A stretch of DNA of 63,840 nt, filler included, from Craspedostauros australis (GCA_030167865.1; 16 parts of 16 records of this genome joined end to end with filler, not necessarily neighbours in it), one strand, 5' to 3'; counted from the whole stretch's first letter, positions 23,362-35,664 are shown. Notes: a model not told the origin generated them from the letters alone. Translations and numbers: made by a program.

Positions 23362-24150
23362 GATGTGGTGAAGCTGCAACGATACGGAACGCCTGGGACA
23401 CCAGGGCAAGGCATCCAAAGGCAAAGCAATGCACCCAAAGTGGACGAGCAGCGACACAGCAGATACCGAAGCGGAGTAGGTATGCTGCTATACCTGGTGA
23501 AACACTCTCGACCCAACATCGCCAATGCAGTGCGAGAACTGACCAAGGTGTTGGATGGACCAACAGCCGCAGCATACAAGGAAATGCTTCGAGTCATGAA
23601 GTTCGTATGGGACACGAGAGAGTATGGACTGAAGATGAAACCAAGTCCACTGACCCAAGATGCATGGAAGATTGCAATATACACCGACAGCGAATTCGCA
23701 GGTGACAAAGACAATCGCATCAGCGTAGGAGGGCACATCGTCCTACTACAAGAAGTGCCGATCATATGGAGATCAAAGGCACAACGCAGCATAACACTCA
23801 ACTCGACGGAAGCAGAGTACGTCGCCCTGTCGGAGGCAGGAAAGGAAATTCGCTTCGTAACACAATTGATGAACAACATCGGACTGAAGATGCACAAACC
23901 AGCAGATGTGATGGTTGACAACGTTGGAGCGATCTTCATTGCGTCCAACCCATCAACATCCGCCAGGACACGGCACATCGACATCCGACATCATTTCATT
24001 CGAGAACTGATCACTAACGGAGAGGCCAGAACCAAATTTGTGCGCTCTGAAGACAACATCGCAGACGGCTTCACGAAGAATACCAAAAAGGAGATCTATG
24101 AGAAACACAGGGATCACTACATCCAACTGCGTTCCACAATGGATCAGTGA
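23362..24150 (+). CDS. Copia RT C-terminus and RNase H (partial)
   Basis: YRSGVGMLLYL, SRPNIANAVREL, YTDSEFAGD, STEAEYVALS, VDNVGAI, RTRHIDIRHHFIRE, NIADGFTKN. Confidence 0.95.
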   Translation, partial: DVVKLQRYGTPGTPGQGIQRQSNAPKVDEQRHSRYRSGVGMLLYLVKHSRPNIANAVRELTKVLDGPTAAAYKEMLRVMKFVWDTREYGLKMKPSPLTQDAWKIAIYTDSEFAGDKDNRISVGGHIVLLQEVPIIWRSKAQRSITLNSTEAEYVALSEAGKEIRFVTQLMNNIGLKMHKPADVMVDNVGAIFIASNPSTSARTRHIDIRHHFIRELITNGEARTKFVRSEDNIADGFTKNTKKEIYEKHRDHYIQLRSTMDQ

Positions 24151-24225
24151 CGGAGAGGAGAGGACGCGAAATTATGAAAAATGTGAGAGTGTGAGTGATG
24201 TGTTGTCGATGCGACAATGGAAGGG

Positions 24226-24399
24226 TGTCAGGAATCGAGGGTACGACTCTGTCGGAAAGATACCCATGATTGCCGCAACTCCCAACATTATTTGTCACAC
24301 CTTTGGATATTATTTGTCACACCATTGAATATTATCCATTCCACCCACGACACGAATCACACGGGAATGACCTCAGTCTTACCAAGCAAACAAGCCTGT
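24226..24399 (+). mobile_element. Copia 3' LTR start (family B), cut by gap
   Basis: PPT GGAAGGG followed by TGTCAGGAATCGAGGGTACGAC. Confidence 0.85.
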
Positions 24400-24568
24400 N
24401 NNNNNNNNNNNNNNNNNNNNNNNNNNNNNNNNNNNNNNNNNNNTTAATTAATTAANNNNNNNNNNNNNNNNNNNNNNNNNNNNNNNNNNNNNNNNNNNNC
24501 GTTACGATTGAAATCCTACGTTTCCATCATCACCAACACAGCAACAAACGACTCTCACCATCATCACC

Positions 24569-26135
24569 ATGACGTCCTTCCTCAGTAAGACCGATCGTTA
24601 CATGATCATGTTCGACGGCAAGCGATCCTCCTAGAAAGCTTGGAGTGCAAAGTTCCTTGCCTGCGCCAACCGCAAGGGTTACAGAGACTTGTATCTCAAG
24701 GACTTGGGTGAAGTGATTGTGAAGACCGAGGCTTTTGACCCCTCTCCTCTCGCCTCCATCGTGGGAAGCGAAGAGAAGAAGCTTAAGGCCTCGAAGTTAT
24801 CTGCCATGTCTCCCGAGGAGAAGGCGGAGTACAAGATGGCTCTGGCCAAGTACGCGTTTGAAGAACTGACCATGGCAATCAACCATGAAACTACCAAAGG
24901 CGATGTCGCCTTCATGGCTGTGTTGGGATGCGAGAGCAACATCTACGAGGGAGGAGACCCTCGTAAGGCGTGGAAGGCTCTCGAGCGCATCTACGAGCAA
25001 CGTACTGCACCAATGAAGGCAAAGTTGTTGGCTCAACTCAACGGGATGTGATTGAAGAAAGGCGAACATCCGGATACCTTCCTCACCGAAATGGAGGTGA
25101 TCCATAACCGCCTCAAGCACGCGGGAGTTCACATGGACATGGAGCAATACCACATGCTCGTGCTCAACGCTCTCGGGAGGGACTACGAAATGGATGTGAA
25201 GCTCATCGAGCTCAAGTTCGAGAACATCGAAAAGCAGATGACTATTGAAGACATCCGCGAAGCAGTGAGTGCAACCTATGACGCACGTCACATCAAGCAA
25301 GGAGGTAGTAAGCGCGAGAATAATAGCAAGGAAGAAATGGCACTCGCCGCCACTGGTGGCTTCAAGGGCCACTGCCGCAACTGTGGCGCCTACGGGCACA
25401 AGAAGGCAGACTGCCGCTCTGCGCCTAAGAACAAAGGTGGCAAGCCCACGAAGAAGAACAAGAGAAGTGATACTGAGGACAAGACTAAGTTCAACGGAAA
25501 CTGCAAGTACTGCGGTAAGAAGGGNNNNNNNNNNNNNNNNNNNNNNNNNNNNNNNNNNNNNNNNNNNNNNNNNNNNNNNNNNNNNNNNNNNNNNNNNNNN
25601 NNNNNNNNNNNNNNNAAGGCAGCGATGAGAGCAGCCGACGCCGCCAACGTGGCCACCGACGGTATGGACGGAACAGACGACGTCGCCCTCGTGATGGTCG
25701 AGGAACCAATGTGGCTACCCGAAGACACCGCGGCAGACAACGCCGCATTCGTCGTGGTAGATGAACCCATGTGGATGCCCGCTAACAACAAAGAAGACGA
25801 AATCGGTCTCATGATGACCGACGAATCAATGTGGTTGCCCGACGAAGACAAGTCGGTCAACAACGAAGAATTGGTGTGTTTCCCCATCGACGAGCTCGAA
25901 AACGACCCTGTTGAGGTAAAAAATGTGACCAACCCAAGAATCGTGACAATCGACGAAATCACGAACATCAAGAAAAACCAAACAATCAACACCACCAACA
26001 TGGCGCACTACGAGTCGTTCATCGACGACATGGCCCTCGCAACCACCGACAAAGACATGACCGGACTCGACCTCGAAGAAGAGGACGAGTACTCTGAAGA
26101 GGAACGAGAGGCCCACACCCCAAGTGTGTACGGAT
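24569..26135 (+). pseudogene. Copia gag pseudogene with two zinc knuckles
   Basis: Stops TAG at ~24632 (TGG in the paralogue) and TGA at 25049; CRNCGAYGHKKADC and CKYCGKK. Confidence 0.85.
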
Positions 26136-28479
26136 NNNNNNNNNNNNNNNNNNNNNNNNNNNNNNNNNNNNNNNNNNNNTTAATTAATTAANNNNNNNNN
26201 NNNNNNNNNNNNNNNNNNNNNNNNNNNNNNNNNNNGAACGAGCGCGAAGCGGACGTCATTGGCATTGGCACACAGTGCAGGACATGTCGAGCACGTACGT
26301 AAATAAGCGCAACGTCATGTTGACACGGGAAAGGCGTGCTCTAGTAATCCCATTAGTGCTTGACTCGACAGATCCCAAAACCGTACAACACGCCTCAAGC
26401 GTGAGCAAAGCAAAATCCGACCATTATATGGTCTTTACCGCGGTTCCCACGGGTCCAAAGGAACCCCGATTCGCCTTAGGGAGTAAGGTCAGGTCGTCTG
26501 ACATCACCGCCACCACTGCAAATCACAGGCGAGACATTTTACCTTACCAGCTTTCGCAAAACAGCCATGACTGGAGCGGCGCTTGGTTTCCGATTGGAGG
26601 TGGCCGCAAGGCTGACGAATTCTGTCTGGTGATGGACAGTCTTGACCTTGGTCGTGATGAGGCTAAAGAACAGTTGGGAATGGGGCGCGCGGCGGGAGGT
26701 GGACATGGTCAACACTGCCGCTGTGAAGCGAGTAGACTTGCTGTTCCTGTCGTGACGGCTGATGGGCGATGGGCGATGGGCGATGATGCGAGAACACGTT
26801 CAAAGCTCCGCACGATGAATACACGCGACACGCTATGGACCTGCGAGTATAGCGCAAGGTCTCCACGCAAAGCAACTCACACGCCTTCACCAGGCTGTGG
26901 GCGCTCCTCCCGCCTCCCATCGAATGCAAAAGAAACCAAGCAACGAATGGGCGACAGAACCGAGGACTGGAGATGGTGACACCCGCAGACGAAAACAGCA
27001 ACCTTCATGGAAGAAGAACAAGATCGTGCGCGTACTCGTGAAGTCATCCCTTTTTTGCTCAGGAATTCCTCCGCTCTTGTCTCTGCTTCCGAACGAGTTC
27101 TCGTGCCACGTACCAGCGCTCTGCGAGTATTGGTAACTCGTACGCTGTTGGGCAATTCAGAGTGGACAGACATTTTGAGCATGGTCTTCCACATGAATCA
27201 CCAAGCCTGCTCGAGTCACCTTTCTATGGAGTTTGTCAATGGTGCGAAGGGGCAAAAGACCTCGACTTGAAGGTGGCAACGACGTCCTTGTCCACAAAGG
27301 CGCTTTGCAACGCTGTCCAGGCGATGTTTGTGGAAGCGAACAAGGCAGAACATCAAGAAGAGACACTAGGCAACTGGTGTCTCGCACTCAACCTTGAAGG
27401 ATTCCACGGAGCCACCGAGCGACAGTGTACAGAGCGAAAGGGAGGCACTGTACCCAGATCACGAACCTACGCAACTGCCGTTTGCACCTCCAGATACGAA
27501 TACGTGTACTCTGACTCTGCTACACTCTCTACCAATAGTGAACTTTCGAATAATGACATCCTCCAGAGAGACAGAGAATAAGGGCAACTCTATCAACCCA
27601 CCTCGTCGTGTTTCCGGCAACGCCCCCTGACACAAAGAGCTGAAGCGAGCCATTCTTTGGTATGACGACACGCGTGTCCGAGCGGAGGATTGCTCGGGCC
27701 CAAAAAGGCGCGAACACGCACAAGGACTGGAGACGCGAGTTCGGTGGTTGCCGCTGCCAAGGATCAGGCGAAGGTTGGCCAAGGTCACTTTTCTTGGGCA
27801 GCGTTGAGGAGACGACAACACCTTGGCGATGGAAGCGTTCGAGTTGCATCAAAATCCACATCATCCTTCGTTTTCATACCCACAGACGGCACATGATCTA
27901 CAGAAGAAATCAGATGCATTCACGAGCACGAGGACTTCCTGACTCAGTGTTTCGGTACATGGTCGCACCAGGACGCCAAGAGACCACAGCAATTCAGAGC
28001 GCGAAGGTTCAGATCACGCTCAGCAGAAGCAGTGGGCCGCGCTGGGCTATCATTCGCGACACGGATACAAGGACACCAGCAGAAGTCGCTCTTCCACCAA
28101 AGATCCGTGTGTCACCTGTCTTTTCGTCACGTTCCTGCTCGGGCAGTGTGCCTGAAATGCTGCATGTGGTGATCGTAAGTATTACATGATGGAGTGAACC
28201 TGACATTCCCTTGTATTCTGCAATTCTGTGTTACACATGCCACGCTTTCCAACAAGTAAAGCATTTTATGTAGTGTGCCATGCCTACACTTGTACTTTTA
28301 GACCAATACTATTTGTACTCTGCTCTGCGAAGAGTAGGTGGTCTGCTTTCGTGTCGCCGACTTTGTGATCTTCACCTCCTGCCATTCCGTTGACATCACC
28401 ACACATCGAAACCTTCCGCGCGTGCGCCCCTGCAACACTGCCACAACCACGGAGAGCCATGTAACATCATACTCGTACA

Positions 28480-30177
28480 TCAGCTCCATGCCTCTTTCAC
28501 GGTGCTTTCCGACATGGTCGAACGAATGAATCGCAGCAACGAGGGGCGATCCATGTACGAGTCCACACCGACGCCTGAATGCTCATCTACCATTTTGTAC
28601 AAGCTCATCATCGACATTTCGGAAAACTCATCATCGATGCCGTCGTTTGGTGCTTCGCCTTGCCGATGACGAGTGATCTCCTCCATCAACTCCGCATGCC
28701 CAAACAGCTCGCTGAAGCGCGGATGATCCATCAACGCAGCCACGTCCTTCGACGCGAGGCGGACGGCCGCATCTTTCAGCAAAAGGCAACCGTGCGCATC
28801 GGCAAAGAGCAACGTTTCCACCAGGACGTCCTTCGACAGATACTGAGTCGTCAGGAGCGCTTCGATGATCAGCTTCAGTTTCCAAACTCCAAAATGGTCC
28901 GCCACGACCAAGAGCTGCTGAAGGTCGCCCTGCTGAGCGATGGTGCTGTTGTGGATGAATGACGCATCGCCGGCGTAGATGTACTTGAGTACGCATTCGA
29001 CATGCGACGGATCGAAATGCGGAAGCGCAATGGTTGTGCGGTCCGTGTCGTGAAGCGAAGATCCTGCTGCCTCCTCGTCGCTGATGGCAGAAAGAATCAT
29101 GGCCTTGATGGATGGGACGGTCGCCAGCATGATGGCGCCGTTTGCCTCGATCGACCGCTGTGACGCACCTGTACCGACCAAGAAGATCACATCCGACATC
29201 ATCTTGCTTTCGAGGGCCTTGAGTCGATCACGGTTGATGTTGGTCTGCCTCGTCTCCAAGAAGTCGTTGAAGATGTCGGCATTGCTCTTCAGGCCGTGGT
29301 GATTTTGCGCCAGCAGGGTCTGGAGATGAATCGAGAAATATCTGGCGACTTCATCGCATTCCTCTGCCTTCGCAAACTCCCACGGAGTCTGACCATACTT
29401 GTTCTGAATCGTGACGTCTGTCGATGACGATCCCAGCAGGAACTTCACCATCTCCACGTTGGCCTCCGAGCAGACGCTGTGGAGCGGCGTGTTGCCATCG
29501 GCGTCCTGAACGTTGACGTTCGCGTGGCCCGACTCCACCAGATATCTCGCAATGTCAAAGTGGTTGTATTGGCACGCAAGATGCAACGAGGTAGCGCCAC
29601 CTAGATCTTGAGCGTTGACGTTCGTGTTGCAAGATTCGATGAGGTACTGGACGATGCCGTAATGGCCGTCCGAGGAGGCGAAGTGGAGGGCCGTGTGGCC
29701 GTCGCTGTTGCGGATGTTGACATCCGCCTTGGATGATTCCGTCAGGTATTTGACGATCGCGAAATGGCCCAAGCTGCATGCTTGGTGCAGCGGGGTGAAG
29801 CCCGCATTGTTCCGTGCGTTGACGTTTGCCTTGCAAGATCCCACGAGGTACTTGACCACGCCCAAGCGCCCCTCCGAGCACGCGAGATGTAACACCGTGT
29901 TCTGCTGACGATCCTTGATGCTGCTGATGGAGACCTTCGGATTCTGCTGCTCCCACATGCTGATGGTGTTCAGATCTCCTGTGCCAGCTGCGTCCAGCAC
30001 CCCTCCGTTGGTTATCCGCGACATCGTGGCGAATGTTGCGTTTGGAAGTTGCGGATTTCGGCACGTCAGTCCACCTGCGCGGCTGGGCCATGCCCGCTGT
30101 GTGCTCGCACGCATCCCTGTGTGGTGCGCAAAGGAGGAACGAGTCCACGCATACATCGATCGACGCAGGAATGACAT
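28480..30177 (-). CDS. Ankyrin repeat + BTB/POZ protein
   Basis: About 6 ankyrin repeats, then SDVIFLVG...IALPHFDPSHVECVLKYIY...LLVVADHFGVWKLK and BACK-like helices. Confidence 0.9.
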   Translation of the reverse strand: MSFLRRSMYAWTRSSFAHHTGMRASTQRAWPSRAGGLTCRNPQLPNATFATMSRITNGGVLDAAGTGDLNTISMWEQQNPKVSISSIKDRQQNTVLHLACSEGRLGVVKYLVGSCKANVNARNNAGFTPLHQACSLGHFAIVKYLTESSKADVNIRNSDGHTALHFASSDGHYGIVQYLIESCNTNVNAQDLGGATSLHLACQYNHFDIARYLVESGHANVNVQDADGNTPLHSVCSEANVEMVKFLLGSSSTDVTIQNKYGQTPWEFAKAEECDEVARYFSIHLQTLLAQNHHGLKSNADIFNDFLETRQTNINRDRLKALESKMMSDVIFLVGTGASQRSIEANGAIMLATVPSIKAMILSAISDEEAAGSSLHDTDRTTIALPHFDPSHVECVLKYIYAGDASFIHNSTIAQQGDLQQLLVVADHFGVWKLKLIIEALLTTQYLSKDVLVETLLFADAHGCLLLKDAAVRLASKDVAALMDHPRFSELFGHAELMEEITRHRQGEAPNDGIDDEFSEMSMMSLYKMVDEHSGVGVDSYMDRPSLLRFIRSTMSESTVKEAWS

Positions 30178-31179
30178 CGTGGATACAAGATTGTTGTAGT
30201 AGTGCGCGTGCTATTGCTCGTGGGTACGGATGATCTGCGCATGGACGTTCCGTGCGTGAATGTGGTGTTTGGAAGGAACACGCAGCAAGAGGAGGCAACG
30301 AAGTGAGGGAAAGGAAGAACGGCAATCAGTGGCAATCCTTTCTGAAAGAGGTGAGCGGTTGAGGCGCCCAATACTTGCGTCTCATCATCTCGGAAACGAT
30401 CAGCGAGGAGGTCGCCATCCATGACGAAGCACTTCGGCTCCGTTCTTCTCCATGTTGCACGATGTGCGTATCCCAGCACTGAGACGTCACGGCCCACATT
30501 CACAATCTGGCAAGATTCTGACTTACTGTGTGTAAGGATACGCGGGAGTATAGTATGAATGGCACTATACTGACGGACACCGTCTTCGATTGTCAGTGGA
30601 TGTGAATGTGGATCCGGGTGGCACACGACTGTGACGCTCGCAGGAATCTTGATGCGGACACTGTTGGAATGATGCGTTGTGTCACAACCTCGTTGGATTC
30701 GATTGCCTCTCACATCGTCTGCGGCACGAGCTCCTCACGTGAGTATCCTCAGTTCTTGGTGAGTTGCTTTGTTCCTTCCTTTCTTCCTTTCTTCCTTCTT
30801 CGTTTGTTGCTTGTTGTGCTTGTGTGTGAGGTTTTTGCGCAAATTTGCAAAAATCTTCGTGAAGCGTGTTGGTTCGGGTTTGGAAAAGAGAACGCTTGAG
30901 TTTCTTCTCGCGTTCCGCTTTTGCGGTGTGGAAAGATACAAGTTATTCCGTTGAGTCGTAAATCAAACGATGATCTGCTGAATCACGAACACATTGTTGC
31001 TGTGGGACCGGATCCTCGTTGAAGTTTGGGTACGTCAGAACGAACAACACACACGCACAGAAAGCGGAAGGATCGACCATGACGAAGACGCCGTCATCCG
31101 CTGGACGTCGGTCGCAACCGTATCGGTTTCGGTGTGGACTTCAGCAATCCACAATCCACAAGTCACTGCCACACCCAAA

Positions 31180-31568
31180 ATGAAGTCAATCGCATCAACG
31201 TTGGTGTCCATCCTCGTGCTGTCGTCGCTGGTGACGGCGTTCCAGCCAACACCAAGACACCAACCACAGGGAACCGAATTGAACGCGGCCTGCGATCGAC
31301 GACGATGGCTGCAATCCCTCATCATCCCTTCCATCGCTGGTCTCGCGCCACCTGCATTCGCCGCGGTCGATGCTGCAGCAGGCATGGAGATGAAACGTTT
31401 CGTGGATCCGCAGGGTCTGTTCGCGTTGCAGGTGCCGAAATCCTTCTACACCCTGCGACGCACGCAGAAGGGAGATCTTCCCGATGCCAAGACGGGCAAG
31501 GGACGCCGCGGAGCCAGCATCTTCACGGCCGGCGACATGGCGAAGGCGGAAGTGATTGCGGTGGAACG
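31180..31568 (+). CDS. PsbP-like thylakoid lumen protein, exon 1 (remainder not in contig)
   Basis: Signal peptide ending VTA-FQP, twin-Arg RRRWL...PAFA lumen signal, FVDPQGLFALQVP; GT donor at 31569. Confidence 0.7.
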
Positions 31569-31877
31569 GTGCGTGCGCGAATGATGCATGCATGCAAAAG
31601 GATGTGACGACGACGTGATTGGTTGTGGTGCACTTGTGTGTTTGTGTGTGTTGTGTCATTTTATTCCATTCCGATTCAGTGTGCTAAGTTTCAACGAACG
31701 CCATGCCAACTCACACAAGAACACATCACACATGATTGCTGTTCCCACTCTTATTGTTGCATCGCACAACCCCCCCCNNNNNNNNNNNNNNNNNNNNNNN
31801 NNNNNNNNNNNNNNNNNNNNNTTAATTAATTAANNNNNNNNNNNNNNNNNNNNNNNNNNNNNNNNNNNNNNNNNNNN

Positions 31878-32394
31878 AAGCGTTGAAGGAAGCGTACGTC
31901 GAAGCGGAGGTGTGACAATTCTGTTGTCTTTTCCAAATTGTGGGTGATTCGATCGTCGCTGTCCCATCGCTTCTCTGCTTTGTTGTTTACTTTCTCTTCT
32001 TCTCTCTTTCTGTTTTGGGCTCCTCGATCCTTCGCGTTTGGCCTCCTTTGTTTCTCATTTGCTCGGAGCGGGTCTTGATCCTGCTTCACTATCCGATTCT
32101 GTCTCTCTTGGCGGGTTTGTAATGCTACTCAAGATAGTGCATTCCGTGTTCTCGAATTTTCGTTTGTGTTTCGATTTTGTCGCCGCAGTCGTTCATTTTG
32201 TGAGCTCCGCATTGCCATCAGATGACCGTTGTCGCACATGGTTCGAAGTGTCATTACTTAAGCGATCGGCCCATGTGTGGCCGTTATAACCGTTACGACG
32301 GGTCTCTGTTGCGGGGTCGCGTGGGTGACTCGCATTTCTGTCGTGTCCCGTCTCCTTCCTGTGAATGGTGCCCTGGAGTCGTATGGGTCGTCTG
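31878..32394 (-). mobile_element. Second copy of the 5' region of the DIRS-class element
   Basis: Apparently identical reverse complement of 50741-51257. Confidence 0.9.
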
Positions 32395-32980
32395 TATCAA
32401 CCAGTCAATTATGTCCAGAAGTGACCCGGTTGAAATTGTGAGGCCACCACACATTCCGACCAATCCAACTCCGACCTCTCGGCCCCTTCTGCTTCTTCAG
32501 TTCTCTTCCCGCTGACACCTCGCTTGAACAATCCTATGCAGTTCGCACACGCACACACCATGGTCGCAGCCCAAGTTCCTATCCTCATTGATGTTTTCCA
32601 ATTCGATGACAATGCCCTTTCAGACACTGTTCGTTCGACCGTATCTGCGACGTTGCCAACGATGTTTGTGCCGGTGTGGATCTTGTACAAGACCAAACAA
32701 CTGTCTGGAGAGGGTAGAGTATTGCCCTTTGGAGCACCGTTCGGATAGTGATGAGAATTGCGATTCTGTCTGTCTCAGCATGCGATACGGATGATCGCAG
32801 GCGGAGACAGAGATAGCTGCGCCTCCTCTGTTGCGGATACAGTCGCCGCCGTAACCGTAACCGACCACCAACGCCCAACGCATCTCCTCATTCCTCTCAC
32901 AATTCGAAAGAAGCAAAAACCAAACAACCTCAAACACAACCTCAAGTCAAGCCAAACAACAATCACCAACAACAATCACC

Positions 32981-33244
32981 ATGTGGAACGATAAGGATGT
33001 GGAGCACTACAAGAACACCATGAAGCAGTACGAAGGCGACAAGGGCGTGCCAGATGACTTCCTCCCATCATCAGGACAGGCACCAAGCCCCAAGAAGAAG
33101 GCCGTGGCACGGAAATGGAAGCCGACCCCCACGGACGAGAATCGACGTTCCGATGAATGGCTGGGTGGCAGCCCCACAGGATCCAAGCCACGACGAAGTT
33201 GGAAGGTCAAGTCGAGCAAGCCCGTCATCCCGGAAGACTTGTAG
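32981..33244 (+). CDS. 87-aa small protein with WLxGS...RRSW...PEDL motif
   Basis: A/C-rich leader, CACCATG context, and a homologous motif in 34468-34785. Confidence 0.65.
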   Translation: MWNDKDVEHYKNTMKQYEGDKGVPDDFLPSSGQAPSPKKKAVARKWKPTPTDENRRSDEWLGGSPTGSKPRRSWKVKSSKPVIPEDL

Positions 33245-33263
33245 GTGGGCGATGACATCAAGC

Positions 33264-33333
33264 GAAGGAAGGAAGGAAGGAAGGAAGGAAGGAAGGAAGG
33301 AAGGAAGGAAGGAAGGAAGGAAGGAAGGAAGGA
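33264..33333. repeat. (GAAG)n microsatellite
   Basis: Directly visible tandem array. Confidence 0.95.
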
Positions 33334-34467
33334 GAAGGAAATAACGACAAAGAGAGGACTCCCACAAGAAGATGAGAGGAACCTGAAATCAATTTTGGTG
33401 GATGCCGCGGCCGCTGCTTTTGCATCCGGAAACAAGCAACATCCATTCCCATCACTTGGTAAACAGGAGCAGATACAAACGTCCACTCAAGAAGTAATAG
33501 TAACAATAATAACAATAACAACTGTATCTGCGATCACACCGTCAGAGCAGCAGCCATTGCATGAGGAAAAGGCTGAGAGCGGCCGTGCGCGCTATGGTGA
33601 AATGCAGTTTGGGAATGACTACCGTGTTTGCGCTGAAGTGCCTTGCCGATTCCTGAAGTTGCCCCACGCCCGCCACAAGGTTCGAGGGTCTGGAGCAGAG
33701 AACAAAGAACAGCATGGGGGATCCGAACAGCGCCCTGTGTGTGCCACCATTGCGAAGGGACCGAAGCTCTCCTTTGACGCAATGGTGACAGTGACATCAA
33801 TGCTACAGACACAATGGCCGGTTCCGCGCCGCATGATTTCGCACTCGGGAAGCGCCAACCACGCCTGCCAGGGGCTGTGATTTTGTCACATTCACGAGGG
33901 ATACGTCGACAATGGGCAATGGCGAACGATGGGCACTGATACCTACCTACCTCCTCCGACAACATCCCAGAGAAGCGTTGTTCCCGAGCGGCTGTCAATC
34001 ACCGCCACGCGAAGACAAACGAGGACTCGCGATGTAGAGATTGATACTTTGCCCATTCCCGAACTACCCATGCGTGAAAGGATGAGCATCACTGCGGATG
34101 CTCGTTGACACCTCCAAGAGGAGGGAGAGGCTCGCTGATGCTCAGCACTCCAGCTTCTGGGTTCGGAAGTGCACACGCTGTGATCGTTCACACGGATAGT
34201 ATCCTCGTTGCAGAAGCCCACACAAACGACACCTGCAAGCGAGATGAATGAGATCCAGCAGCAACAGCTGGCGTTGCAACACAATCTTCACCATCGTTGT
34301 CACCACTGCTGCCCACACCGCTGTCACCACGCTGCTGTTAGCAAGTGACAGTGAGGCATTCATGCCATAGTTTTCTTACACAGAGATCCAATTGTACACA
34401 GCCAACACGACACATACCGAATCAAGTAAGCATCGACTACACAACACCAAATCGATCCAAGCCGACC

Positions 34468-34785
34468 ATGAGCACGTTCAACATGACAGACCGGCAAGCC
34501 GAAACGCAACGCCCCACCGCGTTCCTGCCGGCCGCAGCAGACCCATCGCGACGCCATTCGGCCAGCAACATCCCCGACGAGGTGGCCAAGATGGCGGCCG
34601 ACGATCAGCCCGTATCGCCACCCATCAGCACGCGCAAGAAGATGCAAACGTGCATGAGCCCATCGCGCGCGGAACGTCCCACAGGATGGCTGAGCGGCAG
34701 TGGGGGACGCGCGCGACGCAGCTGGAGGGCCAAGAATCCGGAAGATCTGGTGGACAGCTCGGAGCAAGGCCGTAAGGTTGCGTAA
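34468..34785 (+). CDS. 105-aa small protein, paralogue of 32981-33244
   Basis: Shares FLP and the GWLSGSGGRARRSWRAKNPEDL motif; ACCATG context. Confidence 0.6.
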   Translation: MSTFNMTDRQAETQRPTAFLPAAADPSRRHSASNIPDEVAKMAADDQPVSPPISTRKKMQTCMSPSRAERPTGWLSGSGGRARRSWRAKNPEDLVDSSEQGRKVA

Positions 34786-35664
34786 ATTCAGGTCATTCCG
34801 AATCTCAATTCGTCGTCTCATGATGAAGATGATGCGTAGAGTATTGGCATGTATGCGGAGCACAGTGTTGCGAATGGCAGATTGAAGGAAATGAGACGGC
34901 TAAAAGATGACTGAAACGACGTCATCTTTTTTGCGTGCCCTCGCCGTGATCCAACGACACCGACAAATAAATCTTCTCCTGCATCTGGTGTCGCACCATA
35001 CAAGTGCAGTACATTCACAAGACACACCCAACATTACATAAAACATAACAGTAGGTACACACTTCATGCAACACCATCATACCACTCCATGAGAGACGAC
35101 CTCACTCTCTGCAAGTGCACACCACCCACAACATGCACTTATACTCGTGTATAATATTCTATTAGAATACCATGCAACTGGAAGTGCATGTCATCTCTCT
35201 CTCGTTCGTTTTGTCCACACCTGTCTGTTGGTGGTGGAGTTGGACAGATTTCTATGACGACAACACCAACATCAGGAAGACAAGCTCTGCCCATTTCTGG
35301 ATGTGGCAATTGTGTTTTTGGGCACCCCAAAAACATGACCCGATCTTGGTTCAAGTCACTGTTCTTGATGCGACACATCCAGATTTGTCACAGTCAACTG
35401 TCGCGTCCATAGTTGAATAGTCATGGCGAGTGTCTTGGTTGCACGTGTCACTCCACCATATATATTGAAATGGCAGTGCTGTCTCGCATCGACAGTCGTC
35501 TGGCTTTCACCTTTCCGGCGAAAGAGGAGCGGAGGGATTGCTCATATCTTTTTCGCAAGTCGGCCTGCGACAGTCATCAAGCGAGAGCGGAAAGAAGATC
35601 GCTCGCGCCATTTGCGTCTTTCTCGTTCGTGTCCGGGTGAACAGTGGTGGAAGAGTGGAGGACC

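Noticed and set aside
26236..28200. Several 100-230-aa ORFs
   Set aside because: No recognisable motifs or consistent frame; possibly a decayed pseudogene.
33245..33880. 211-aa ORF with KEGR repeats
   Set aside because: Produced by the (GAAG)n microsatellite; no coding features.
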